A DNA stretch of 64,000 nucleotides from the human T2T-CHM13v2.0 reference genome, Homo sapiens. Positions 1-15,719 of this stretch are shown piece after piece. The notes below the pieces were generated by a model. The model made no database searches. It was not told where the DNA came from and saw only the letters and a list, made by a program, of their open reading frames with translations. Where the stretch lies: NCBI RefSeq assembly GCF_009914755.1, contig NC_060939.1; one strand, written 5' to 3'. The stretch's first letter is position 1; every line of letters begins with the position of its first letter. Position numbers and translations under genes: made by a program.

Positions 1-565
1 AAGCAGAACAAAAGAATATAAAGTTAGAAATTAATAAGCATAAGAACTGATCATTTTGGGGGGTGGGTCATGGAGATGAGCTACTGTATAGCCTAATCAA
101 GAAGTAAAGGAAGCAAGCGCAATCACACATTATAAATGAAAAGGGCAAAATAAGCATGAATACAGAGAAATTATTCCAGAGGATTTTGCAATTATCTATA
201 CAAACACATTTGAAAAGCTGAATAGAGGAAATTGGTTTTCAAGAAAATATAGATGAGCAAAATTGGCCTTGAGATAGAAGACTACCCAACAGACTGATAA
301 CAATTGAAGATGTTAAGAAAGCTTAAAAAAAATTACCCCCCACCCCCACCCCCAAAATCTGTTAAGTTTAAATGGTTTCAAAAGTAAATTCTTTCAAACT
401 CTCCAGGAATGTATAAGCCTGATACTATTTAAAGTATTTCAGAATGAGAAAAGAAAGAATCATTCCAATTTCTCTTTATAAACTGGCATAATATTTATAC
501 AAAATAATTAAGAAGAATGCAAAATAAAAATCTGTAGAAAAAATTTTTAGTGAAAAATTTTTGCT

Positions 566-1432
566 AAACCACTACACATTCATTAAAATGGGCAAAATCC
601 AGAACACTGACAACACCAAATGCTGGTGAGGATGTGGAGCAACAGGAACTCTCATCCGTTGCCGGTGGGAATACAAAATGGTACAGACGCTTTAAAAGAC
701 AAGTTGGCAGTGTTACAAAATGAACACACTCTTATTAGACAGTCCAGCAATTGTGCACCCTGATATTTACCCAAATGAAACATGTCCACACAGAAACCTG
801 CACATAAATGTTTATAAAAGCTTTTTTTCATAATTGCCCAACTTTGGAAGCAACCAAGATATCCTTCAGTAGGTGAATGGGTAAATAAACTGTGCTTCAT
901 CCAGACAATGGGATATTATTTTGTGCTAAAATGAACTATGAAACAATGAAAAGACATGGAGGAAACTTAACTTTACTAAGTGAAATAAGTCAATCTGAAA
1001 ATGCTACAGACTATATGATTCCAACCATATGACTTTCTAGAAAAGGCAAAACTATTGAGACAGTAAAAGGATCTGTGGTTGCTGCGGGGTGGGGGAAGGG
1101 AGGGATGATTGGGGGAGCACAGAGGATTTTTACGGCACTGAAACTATCTGTATGGTACTATAATGATGACTACATGTCATGATACATTTGCCCAAACCCA
1201 TAGAATGCACAGCACCAGAAATGAACCCTAGTGTAAACTATGGACTCAGGGTGACAATGATGTGTCCATATAGGCTCATCAATTGTAACAAGCATTTTGC
1301 TCTAATGAGAGATGTTGATTATGGGGAGGCTATGCAGGTGTGAGGAAAGGGTTTATGGACAACCACTATACCTTCCACTCAGTTTTGCTGTGAGCTCAAA
1401 ATTGTGCTGAAAGATAAAGTTAATTTTTAAAC
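566..1432 (+). mobile_element. L1MC-type 3' end fragment
   Basis: ORF2 C-terminal motifs ('caccaaatgctggtgaggatgtggagcaac') and an L1MC-like 3'UTR ('gaaccctagtgtaaactatggact'). Confidence 0.65.
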
Positions 1433-2252
1433 ACAAAATTAAAATCTATGCTAAAATGCTAAATGTGGACAAATAAAATCCATCTGTAAATGAAAAAATA
1501 ACACACTGTGACCAAGATGGGCTGACCTCAGGAATGCTAGGCTAGTCCAGTAATAAAAAACTATCACCATCAGACTAACAGGCCAAATGACAAAGGGCTA
1601 AATCAACACCCCCAAGATATGCAATTCAACACCCATTTCTGATTTTTAAAACTAAAAAGAGGAAGAATATATGTGTGAAACTAAAAGCCATCATCATGCT
1701 TAATGGTGAGTAACTAGAAACATAATCTTTAAAGGCAGAAGCAAGACAAGCCTAGTCTGTATCAACACTAATCTAGAGATAAAAGCCAATGCATTTACAC
1801 AAAAAGAAAAGAAAAATATTGGAGAAAAAATGGAAAATTATAATTTACAGATAATTTATTACTATCATACATAGTAATAAAGTATTTTGATTTATTACTA
1901 TCATATATAGTAACAAATAATCTGTAAATGATGACTTTCTATACATAGAAAACCCCAAAATTGCTGAAAACCTATTAGAAACTTGAGCGGAGAGGCATAT
2001 CTCACAGCTATCATACAAAAATCAATAGCTTTTCTAAGTATTAAAAAAAATAAAAGGAAGTAAAGATTTTATTCACAATAATAATCAAAGAGAAAATTAC
2101 CTCCGTGAAATGTTAAAGGAAATGTTCAGGGTGTATACAAATAAAATTCCCTATTTTACTAAGAGATAAAGAATTTAACTGAAAGGACAACTCGCTCTTG
2201 GATGGGAATACTCAATATGATAAATTGTCCGTTCTTCTAAGTGTATAAATTT

Positions 2253-3691
<1,439 letters not shown>

Positions 3692-4805
3692 TAAATTTAA
3701 AGCAATCTTAAAATAGCACACCATTGGGATTTTGAGAGGAGCCTAACAAAAAACAAAAACTAGAATTCATCCAGTTTCTAGCTTGGAATAAAATAAATAT
3801 TGGAAATCAAATAAAGATGTTGAATGGGCCAGTAATATTGGGAAAGACAAGAGGAAAAACGGATTATTGATCTAACCATAAGAAAACCTATTATAAGGCT
3901 GTACTAATTAAAACAATTTGGTATTGGAAGTACTTCGGTGAAACAGAATGGGAAGTCCAGAAAGAGACAAGAGACACAAAATAATTTAAGAGTGGCATTG
4001 CAAAGCACAAAGGAAAAGAAAAAAATGCTCAGCAAATGCCTTGGGGACAACCAGCAAACCATTTTTAAAAACCCCTATTTACCTCATTTCTTACACCAAA
4101 ATAAATACCAGATGGAGCAAAGGGTTCATCAACCTATGTAAGTTATAAAAAGAAGCATGAATGTTTTTGAGTATAATTCTGTTTAGCGCAGACTTTCCAA
4201 GCAAGATACAGAGTCCGAAGACTGTTGAAGACATGATTAATATATTTTATTACCAAAGGAAAAAAAATGTCCCCCCCAATTTTATGTATAAAGTCATAAG
4301 ACCAAAAGCAAACTAGGAAATTTTTATATTACATATGATGGAAAAGAAAGCAAACCCCTTAATTTATAATGAGCTCATAGAAATTTACAAGGAAAAGAGC
4401 ACTATTCCAATAGAAAAACAGACAAGCAAACAAAAGAACCACAAATGTTCCATCTGCAAGTTAAACACGGTAAGATTAAGTCTGTCAGGCAGACAAAAAG
4501 GTCAGAAGTTGATTCCCATTTCAGAGAAATGGCAGTAGAGTTTAAATGTTGTAGAAAAAGGCAATTTGTATCTAGTGAAAAAAAGGTATGTGCCTTTTGA
4601 CCCAGAAATCTCACTTGTAGAAATTTACCCTGTGGTAATTATGAATAGTAAGAAGAGTTAACATGTACTGAGGGCTTGCTATAAGAAATCAGGGTAAAAA
4701 ATTCCCAAATGGATCATCTCATTGAATCCTCAAAATGACACCATGAGGAAGATCTTATGCCCTTTTTATAGATGACTAAACTGAGGGTGAAGAAATTAAG
4801 GACTT

Positions 4806-5109
4806 GTCAGGCACAGTGGCTCACACCTGTAATCCCAGCACTGCGGGAGGCCAAGGCAGGAGGATCACTTGAGGTCAGGAATTCAAGACCAGCCTGGCCA
4901 ACATGGTGAAACTCCATCTCTACTAAAAATACAAAAATTAGCCTGGCATAGTGGCCCGAGCCTGTAACCCCAGCTACTCAGGAGGCTGAGGCATGAGAAT
5001 CGCTTGAACCCAGGAGGCGGAGGTTGCAGTGAGCCGAGACTGTGCCACTGCACTCCATCCTGGCCAACAGAGCGAGACTCCGTCTCAAAAAAAAAAAAAA
5101 AAAAAAAAA
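4806..5109 (+). mobile_element. AluS inserted in a MIR-like remnant
   Basis: Dimeric Alu with poly(A); flanking repeats gaaattaag(g)gacttg. Confidence 0.9.
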
Positions 5110-5629
5110 GTGGAAATTAAGGGACTTGCCCAAGATTACACAGTATACCATGGAGTAGGGATTTTAACTCAGGAAGTCTTGGTTAAATACTTGCTCCCAA
5201 GGATGTTCATTGTAATATTTTAAGAGCTACAAACTAGAAACAGCTCAAGCTTGCAACAATATGAGACTGGTTAAATATTTTGTGATACATTTCTAAGGAT
5301 TATACATTTTTAAGGATTAGGGGCAGCCCCTACAGCAATGAAGTCCACCTGTGCTGATGTGGAAAGCTCTCTACCACCCAGCAGTGATAAAAAAGCAAGG
5401 TACAGACCAGCGTGTTCCACTCAGAGCACAGGTCTTTTTGTGTTTTAAAAATAGATTGCATGAGAGTGCTAATAGCCTATATGGAATCTTAGTGCAAATT
5501 AGGTAACGGCAATGCCCCTGGGTATTCATAGTCCCGGGGGCACGTAGAAGAGGTGGCCCTATGCCTTCATTTCCACTTCACCTGGGCACATTAGTGCAGC
5601 GTTTCTATGAATAAGGATAATAGAAACAT

Positions 5630-5967
5630 AATTGTTTCTCAATGTCTGGTTGAGATCGGTTCCAGGGCCGCCCCCACCCAACCTGTGGATACCAAAATCC
5701 CCAGATGCTCAAGTCCCTGATATAAAATAGCAGAGTATTTGCATACAATTGTGCACTTTCCTTCTGTATACTTGAAATCGTAGTGTTAATGCCATGTAGC
5801 TAGTTGTTATAAGGTACTGTTTAGGGAATAATGACAGGAAAAAACGTCTGTACGTGTTCAGTACAGACCCAGTTCCTCCCCCTACCCCCAATATATTCAA
5901 ATTCCATCCATGGTTGGTCAAATCCATCCATGAATTCAGAACCATGGACAGGGAGGGCCAACTGTAT
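5630..5967. mobile_element. MER2-like (Tigger family) DNA transposon
   Basis: Internal motif 'gatgctcaagtccctgatataaaat' and TIR-like end 'gagggccaactgta'. Confidence 0.6.
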
Positions 5968-7226
5968 ACACAGAGATGGCATAAGTATGCAGAGTAGAGC
6001 CTAAACCACAGACCCCCCAAGCTCACTGTCCTTATTAGTATAACTTGAGTATTCCTTATTTTCATTAGTATAATTTACTATTCCAGAAGACTTTTGTCAG
6101 GCAAATAACTATATTGTTCATTTGAGGACCTTCTCACAAGACAGTGATAGGCCTTGGTAGACAGCTTACTCCTTAAAAGCCCTGAGACTCTTTGAACACC
6201 TCAGGACCTTGGCATTGCTGCTTTCACCAGCCCTAAGCTGTGCTATCGCCATCCTCAGCCAGTCCTAGAAAGCTCAATGCGGTAGGGCCTGGTCCTTCCC
6301 CCACTGAGCAGTGCCGCAGCTCTGTCAAGGAGGTGCTCTCCCTTCCTGCCATGAGCAAGAAGCTCGGAGCTGTCTTAGCAGCAAGTTGTGTTGAGGTTAT
6401 TTGGGGAGCTGGCAGGGAGCAGTGGATACCTCCTAAAATAGGCATAAGGGTGCTTGTGGATGGAATCACAATTAATGTCAACGTGCTTCCCTTTGGGAGA
6501 GAGACTGTGCAGAGAGCTTTTTTACTTTCCATTTTTGCATTATTTGAATGCTTGATGCACATGTATCAATTTTATTACTGTTATTTTCTATGCCAATGGC
6601 GATTACCTGGTGATAAGATTATGGGCTTTTATGTCTACTTAAAAAAATTTTTTTTGCATTGAAAGTTCTTATAAAAAAGAGATTTTGGTCAATAATGTCA
6701 GCTGTCTCAGGTAAAAGTAGCTAGCTTTTCCTTTTTCATTTTAATAACTTAAAAATTATAATACATATGGAAAAGTATAAAAATCAAGTTTACCATTTCA
6801 CGATTGATCACAAATTGAACACACCCATGTAACCACCACCCAGGTCAAGAAGTAGAACATCACCAGCATCGCGAAAGCCTGTAGGGCCCCCATAAAGACA
6901 CAGCCCCTCCCTTCACCTCAGAGATAGCCACTACCCTGACTTTAGCACCATAGATTGGTTTTGACTGATTCTGAATTTTATAAAAAACAGAAACATAAAC
7001 TGTGTATTCATTTTGGAGTAGATTCTTTTGCAAAACACTAAAATTGTGTGATGAAGCCACATTGTTGCAAATACCAGTTTGTTTCCAGTGTTATATAGTA
7101 TCTCATACTATAAACATACCACAGTTTACTTATCCATCCTACTCTTGATGAACATTTGGAAAGTGTCCATTAGGCAATTATGAACATTGCTGATAGGATT
7201 ATTCACACACATGCCTTTCGTTTCTG

Positions 7227-7667
7227 TAGTTGACCCTTGAGTAATACAGGTTTGAATCACATGGGTCCACTTTTACATGGATTTTCTTCTGCTTCTGCTA
7301 CCTGGAAGACAGCAAAACCAACCTCTCCTCTTCCTCCTCTGCCTACTCAATGCGAAGATGACAAGGATGAAGCCCTTTATAATGACGCACGTCCATGTAA
7401 TGAATAGCAGATACATGTTTCTTCCTTTTGATTTTCTTAATAATGTCTTTTTCTCTAGCTTACTTTGTTGTAAGAATACAGTATGTTGACATAAAACATC
7501 AAACATACAAAACGTATGTTAATTGCCTGTTTATGTCCTTGGTAAGGCTTTTGGTCAACAGTAGGGTATTAGTAGATACGTTTTTAGGGAGTTAAGTCAT
7601 ACATAGATTTTTCAGCTGCCTGGGCAGTCAGTACCTCTAACCCCTGCATTGTTCATGGGTCAACTGT
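7227..7667. mobile_element. Tigger2a-like non-autonomous DNA transposon
   Basis: Terminal inverted repeats 'agttgacccttga' and 'tcatgggtcaact'. Confidence 0.7.
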
Positions 7668-7760
7668 ATAATGAGAAGTGAAACTGCTGGGTCATAATAT
7701 AGACATATATTCAATTACAGAAAATGACAAACTGTTTTTCAAAGTTGCTGTGTTGATGAC

Positions 7761-8347
7761 TGTTATGAAACCTCAGTTCTTGTCTTCTTAGTTCAAAAAT
7801 ATTTAAACAAGAGACACAGCAAAGAAGATGCAGCATAGAGCAATGTATCACAAAGAATACTCTCAAAGTTAGGTGCAGAATAGACTACACCCTGAGAGAG
7901 GACTCAGAGCAGGCTGCTCATAAGGATGAGACAGTGTTGCCTGTTACTGGGGCAACTCGTTTTATGGGAGTCTTACATGGTTATTCACAAGAGGGTGAGA
8001 AGAGGTGTTACTAGTAAGTATGTTCTGAGTGGTCCTCAGGGTGCACACACGCAGTAGCTGTACATGCTTGTTCATACATTCATATATTGCATGTCTTATT
8101 AGCATCTTAAATCTCCACCCAGGGGTGTGTTTTTTACAATTATTATGAACAAAGGGTCAGTCTGAGGTCAGGTAAAATAAAAAAGCATATGCTCTCTATG
8201 GGGGTTGTTCCCTACTGGATATAGCTTTGCTTGAATGAGTTTGACTACAACATGAGTGCTGGGGCTTATTGTGTTGATGGTGCGGTTGCCACAGTTGCCA
8301 TCCCAAGGACTTGGTGGTTACTTCCCTGACTACCTCTCCTGCCTCAG
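7761..8347 (-). mobile_element. ERV1-class solo LTR (subfamily uncertain)
   Basis: About 590 bp TG...CA unit ending 'ctacctctcctgcctca', interrupting the L1M. Confidence 0.5.
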
Positions 8348-8580
8348 CTGCACCTGTCTGCACAGCTGGCTCCTCGTGATTGCCGTTTGGTACTATCTAA
8401 TTATCAATATTCTGGTAGGTGTTTAGTGGTATTTTATGGTGGTTGTACTTTGCGTTTCTCTTGTGATTAATGAAATCGAGCACTTTTTCATGTGTGTTGG
8501 ACATTTGGATATGGTCGTTTCTAAAGCGTCTGGTTAAATGCCTTGCTCGCTTTTATCATTGGGCTGTCAGTATGATTTCC

Positions 8581-8875
<295 letters not shown>

Positions 8876-9228
8876 AGTATGTTTTCATTATTATTTTTTG
8901 TAGGAGTTTTTCAAATATTCTGGATGTTAACCTTTCATTAGTTCTATGTGTTGCAAACATTTTCTCTCACTCTATGGCTTGGCTTTTCACTGTCTTAATA
9001 GCATATTTGACAAACAAATGTTCTTTATTTTGATTTAATATGATGTTAATATTTTCCTTTATAAATAATGCTTGATGTTTTGTTCAAGAAATCTTTGCTT
9101 ATTTTAAGATATTCTCTTATGTTTCCTTCTGGAACCTTTATTATTTTACCTTTTGCATTTAAATATACAAAAATCTTGGAATTTATTTTGTGTATGGTGT
9201 TGTTAAGTAGGGGCCAAGTTTAAATTTT

Positions 9229-9532
<304 letters not shown>

Positions 9533-9755
9533 TAAATTTTTATCATTAGTGATAGCCAACTGTCCATATATGCGTGAACTTGTTCCTGGACTTTAATAAC
9601 AATGTTATTCTTCTATTTGCCTATGCTTGTACTAATTTTGAACTGCCTTAAATATTTTATAATATGTCTTAGTATTTGGCAGAATAAGTTCTCTCACTTT
9701 GTTCTTTCAAAGATTGTCTTGACCAGACTTGTTTCTTGGCATTTCTGTATAAATT

Positions 9756-9778
9756 ACACACACACACACACACACACA
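9756..9778. repeat. (CA)n microsatellite
   Basis: About 11 AC units seen directly. Confidence 0.9.
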
Positions 9779-9872
9779 AAATTTATTTTATATATTTGCA
9801 TCTCCAATAACAGCTTTTATTTCTCCCTTTCAAACCTTGTAATGTTTATTTCTTGAAATATTACATTGGCTA

Positions 9873-10243
<371 letters not shown>

Positions 10244-11733
10244 CTATATTTAGAATGATGGGTATCCTTGAAGATCACGAGCATCCTTGTCTTAATAACA
10301 ATCTGAGAGGGAAAAGTTTTCAATAGTTTCAATATTCCATCATTATAGCATTACAATGCTTTTTCGCTTTTTAAAGATACTATTTATCAGATTAAGGTAG
10401 TTCCATCCTACTTTGATAAAAGGGATTTTTGTTTTTGTTGTAACAAATGTATGTTGAATTTTATAAAGGTTTTTAAACATATGGCTTTTTCCTTTATTTT
10501 ATAAAAATGGTGACTAACACTAATTTTCAAGTATTAAATCAACCTCAAGTTCCTAAAATAAACCCAACCTGGTTTTCACATATTATCTGTTTATATATTG
10601 CTGAATTCATTTTGCTTTCTTTTAGGAATTTTGTACCTATGTTCGTGATCGACTTAGCCTATAGTTTTGTTTCTTTCTTCTTCTAATATTATTGTCAGAT
10701 TTTGGCAAGATTATGCTGGCCTTATAAAGCAAGTTTGGAAATGTCTGTTCCTTTTGTCCCTGGAAAAGGTTGCATAATACTTGTATTATTTTTTCCTTAA
10801 ATATTGGAAGAGTTCATTGATCTGGACCTAAAGTATTTTCGTGGACTTTTTTTGTGGCGGGTGGTGGGCAGGTAGGGTTAAAATTTCGGATTCAGTTTTG
10901 TTTCAGATAGAGCACTATTTAAATACTTATTTCTTCTCGTGTCTATTTTGACAAGTTTTGTTTTCCTAGGACTTTATACATTTTGTATACATCTTCGAAT
11001 GTATTGACATAAAGTTGTTCACAATATTCTCTCCTTACCTGTTTGGTTTCTGCTTGGTCTACAGTGATGGATCCTTTTCATTCCTAACATTGCTCTTTGT
11101 CTTTCTTCATCTGTCTTGCTAGAATTTTATAAATTTTTTACTTTAAGAAACCAGCTTTTTTTATTTGATACTCTGAGCTATTATGTTTTCCATGTTACTA
11201 ATTTTCCTCTTTATATTTTGATATATTTAGACAACTGATTTTGTCAGCCTCTATCTTTACTTATAAAAGCTTTTAATATAATTTTTTCTCTAAATTTCTT
11301 ATTAGTTGCATCCCACACATTTTTTACTATAATTCAGTTTAAAATGTTTTATTTCCATTTCTTCTTTGATCTACAGGTTATTTAGAAGTGCATTGCTTAA
11401 TTTAAAAATATGTGGAGATTTTTCCATTTATCTTTTTGTTATAGATTTCTAGTTTAATTTCACTGTTATCTGTAATCATATTCCATGTGATTTTAAACCT
11501 TTGAAATGTTTTGGAAATTGCCTTAAAGGCCAGTATATGGCCTATTTGGGTAAATGTTCTATATGCACTTGAAACAAATGTAAATTCTGCAGTTGTTGGG
11601 GGCAGTGTTCTATATATACATCAACTAGGTGGATTTTGTTAATGGCATTGTTCAAATCTTCTATATTCCTATTGGTTTTTTTGTTTTTTTTTTTTTGTCT
11701 TCTTGTTCTATCAGATACTGAGAGATGTATTAA

Positions 11734-12139
<406 letters not shown>

Positions 12140-13129
12140 CCTTTCATTAGCATTAAACATTCCTCTTACTATCCACTAGTTCTCCTTTCCTTTATCTGAT
12201 ATTGATATAACTATGCCAGCGTTTTTTGGGGGAGGAGTGGAGTTTGCATGGTATATATTTGTCCATGTTTTTACTTTCAACACTTTTTTATAGTGTATCT
12301 CTTGTAAGCACCGTATAATTGAGATTTTTAAAAATCGAGCCTGGCACTCTCTTTATTTTTACACTTGGTATAATTACTGGTAAATGTGAACTGAAATCTA
12401 CCTACTCACCATCTTAACATGAGTTTGCGATTCATCTTGCTTGTTCTGTGTTTCCTTTTCTTCTTTTATTTTGGATTAAATATTCTGTACCATTGCATTT
12501 TCCCAGCTCTTAGCATATGAAACTGCAGCTAGGACTAAAACCAGAGGAAGGCACACAGAATCTTGACTGCTCTTCAGAAATACATGGCACTCCATTAAAA
12601 TGAAGATTTTTGCTGCTCACTCCAGAAATATTGAATCAAAACGTGGAGCAGGAGACAGGCAAGGTGCGTTTGTTTTTAAAGCTCCATAGGTCATTCTGAT
12701 GGACAGTCTAGACTCTGTTTCCTCCTACACCTTTGAAAGGTAAATACAGAAAATGAGGCTGAGAAAACACCTTTAGAATCAGTCCCCTTTCTTAGCACTT
12801 CAGTGGTTCCTGCACAGGGTGCAGATGCCGAGCTCTCCTTAGGCTCCAGCCCCCAGGCTGGCTGGCTGGTTCCACCGTACATAGCCCAGAGGCTCACCCC
12901 AATCAGGCAAGGGGCTCCCCATGTCAGCCAGGCTCCTCTTATCTGGTGTCTGACACCACAAACGCAGCAGCCCGAATATCCCAACCTGGCTTCCTTCTCC
13001 TCACTGCTTCCCTGATTCCTGGCATGGCCCTTCCGGAGGAATGGCAAATCTTTATTTCCACTACACAGGGAGACCTGTTATTATCCCTAAGAAGCCAAGC
13101 AATGTGTGTGCTGAATCTACTCAATCACC

Positions 13130-15450
13130 AGGTACACTGGACTTTTGGCTTTATTGTAGTCATTACTGTTACAATATTGATAGCACTGTGGACTGCATTT
13201 TTATAAGGTCATCTGAAGAATCCTGAGCCCTTGTTTCCTGTAGAAAGAGTGGTTTCCTTTAAAATTAACCACAAAAGCCCTAAATAGTGTTACAAAAATG
13301 AGTATCTACTTCTTATGAAGTAGTTTAGTGCTTTCAGCTGTATCAGAAATAGTTAAAATTGGTATATCAATTTTACCTTCAACATTCAAATAAGAAAAAA
13401 AACTGGAGATAGAGGTAAACAAATACTTTTCTACCTTAAGCAAGAAGATATTTGGTACAGAGACAAAAACCAAATAAGCAAAGAAGAAAACATACCGTTA
13501 ACTGAAAACATAAAAAATTATATCTTAGTGTGACCTTCTTCCAGCAAAATAATAATAATATAATATTAATAATAAGTCAATAGCTATACCCTAAAGTGGG
13601 TGCAGGCATTTTGATTTATAATATCATATTATGCATATAATGCATATGATATTGTCCTCATAAAAGCAAATGTTATACAGAGAAAATCTGACCTTGTTTG
13701 TAACAATTTCTCAGAAAGAGATATTGTTGTGGAAAGAATTCTAAAGGATTTTTTGTTTATTTTTGTTTAGCCTTAAGGTTTCAAATGTATATTTTTATTT
13801 AAAAATAACAATAACGCAGTCTGTTCTGTGCAGTGTCCTTCCGGCTCCAGGGGCCCTGCAGCTGCTCTGCTTGGGGCTGATTTTCCAGTCCCTACAAGCC
13901 GACCTCTCCTGTGGCTTTCTAGTACGAGCCCCTGAATAAATAGGATGAACATACAAAATCTGACCGTTATGAGAGACTGTGCCAGGTGGTGAGGACAGAT
14001 GCAGATTTTACTCAGGGTCTTCCTTGGGAAGGCCTGGCCTCTCCTCAGCCAGCAGCCACCTGAGAAGTCTCCCAGGTCAGCCCTGCACATTGTGCCCAGG
14101 AGATGTGTCCCTCTGGTGACAAGGCCGCAAGGGAGGCAGGGACGTGTGCAAGTCTTCTCCGGTGCTCCCTTCCTGAGGGTGAGGACAAGCTGGCTACTGA
14201 TCTGCCCGTCCCTATCCCTCCTCCCAGGGAGCTGGCACTGACTCTAGCACCTGCCCTTAAACATTTCTCAGGGGTATGCCTTTTATGGCCTTTTGTGTTG
14301 TGTTTCACTGTGATGCAGGCTGATTGGGTTGGAAGCCAGAGGAAATCACGTAGCATCCTCTGTTCCCAAGATCTCCCCTGGGTCTGGCAGTGTACATGCG
14401 TGCCCTCCCCAGAGGCTCAGGCCTCCTGGGTGATGAGGCTCAGCAAGCAACCTGGCCTGGATCCCATTCCCCCGTGGAGGTCCCCAGGTACTGTGCTGGC
14501 CTGAAGGAAGGGCTCAGGGCAGCAGCACAGAAGCTTCCCTCCTAGAAAGGAAAAAAGGGAAAGACCAGCAAAGGACAGGAAGGAACAGGGCCTAAGCTTC
14601 CTTCCTTGAACCATGGGTCCTGAGGGAGAAGAATTCCAGGAGAATCTGAGAATGACCCTTGGGGAGCTAATGCATAAATAGTTAGCAAATAAAATGGAAC
14701 ACCTTTCTTGGCACTTTCATTTCCAGGTATCTCCAGAGTCATTTAAGAGGAATTTTTAAAGATTCTGCCTTTTGTTCAGGCCCATTGCAGTGCCATGTTT
14801 AGCCAGGTTTCTGTCTCCCAAACAGTGCAAAGTGGGTTGGTTCACGATGACCCCACGGTTGACAGTGTGTACTTAAACTTCTGTGATCTCACTTAATCCT
14901 TGCTGCAACCCTGTGGGGTGGCAGGCAGGGACTGCCACCGCCCTGTGGAGATGAGGCACCTAAGCTTCAGGATGGAAGTGTCTCCTGGTGTGGTCCTTCC
15001 GCTCCTGTCCCACTGCCACTTCTAACTCATTTTGAGAAAGAAGCTGCTCTTTGTGGCCAAACACACCTGGGAAAAATGAGATCACTTAGCACCTGTGAAA
15101 GCGTCCTGAGGACAGGCAAGGTGGCGAGGCGAAAGGGTCTATAACAAAGCGAGCCCCTGAGAAAGTGACATGCATGAGGGAGTGCAATTAGAACTGAGAC
15201 GGTTCTGTGGAGAAATCTTTGAAATCTTTGACCAGTCTGAGTCCTAACTGCAGTAAAAATCCATGGGCATGCTTATATTTAACATTTTAACACAAGTTAA
15301 CAACATTTTGGTAAACACATCTTAGGTGGGAGGGAAGGCGGTGGTGAGAAAGAGGGAAGGGCAGAATGTGGGGTCTGTGTGGGGCCTGGAAGCCAGGCTG
15401 CCAACAGTACTTGCAGCATGCTGTGCCATGGGAGTCCTGTAGGCTTCCAG
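13130..15450 (-). other. CERS3: CERS3 3'UTR (inferred extent)
   Basis: Largely unique sequence after the stop codon, ending near AATAAA on the minus strand (tttatt 13150-13155). The end point is inferred. Confidence 0.65.
13150..13155 (-). terminator. CERS3: Candidate CERS3 polyadenylation signal AATAAA
   Basis: tttatt on the plus strand about 2.3 kb after the stop codon. Confidence 0.55.
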
Positions 15451-15603
<153 letters not shown>

Positions 15604-15719
15604 CTAGACAAAGGAAAGAATTGGCTGTGAGTGACAATCTTCCAGGAAGAGTCTTGAGTAAATCTGCCAACAGCCAGTTTCAAGTATGGCTCCCTTTAAG
15701 GAAAACCCAATATCCAAAT

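Noticed and set aside
6233-6662. Overlapping 109 and 140 aa ORFs
   Set aside because: No recognisable homology or supported splice structure.
13620-13653. AT-rich inverted repeat in the 3'UTR (aatatcatat...atatgatatt)
   Set aside because: A 10-bp AT-rich stem is expected by chance in such sequence.
12691-14742. Cluster of overlapping 60-133 aa ORFs
   Set aside because: No recognisable domains. They lie in or next to the CERS3 3'UTR, mostly in GC-richer sequence where stops are rarer.
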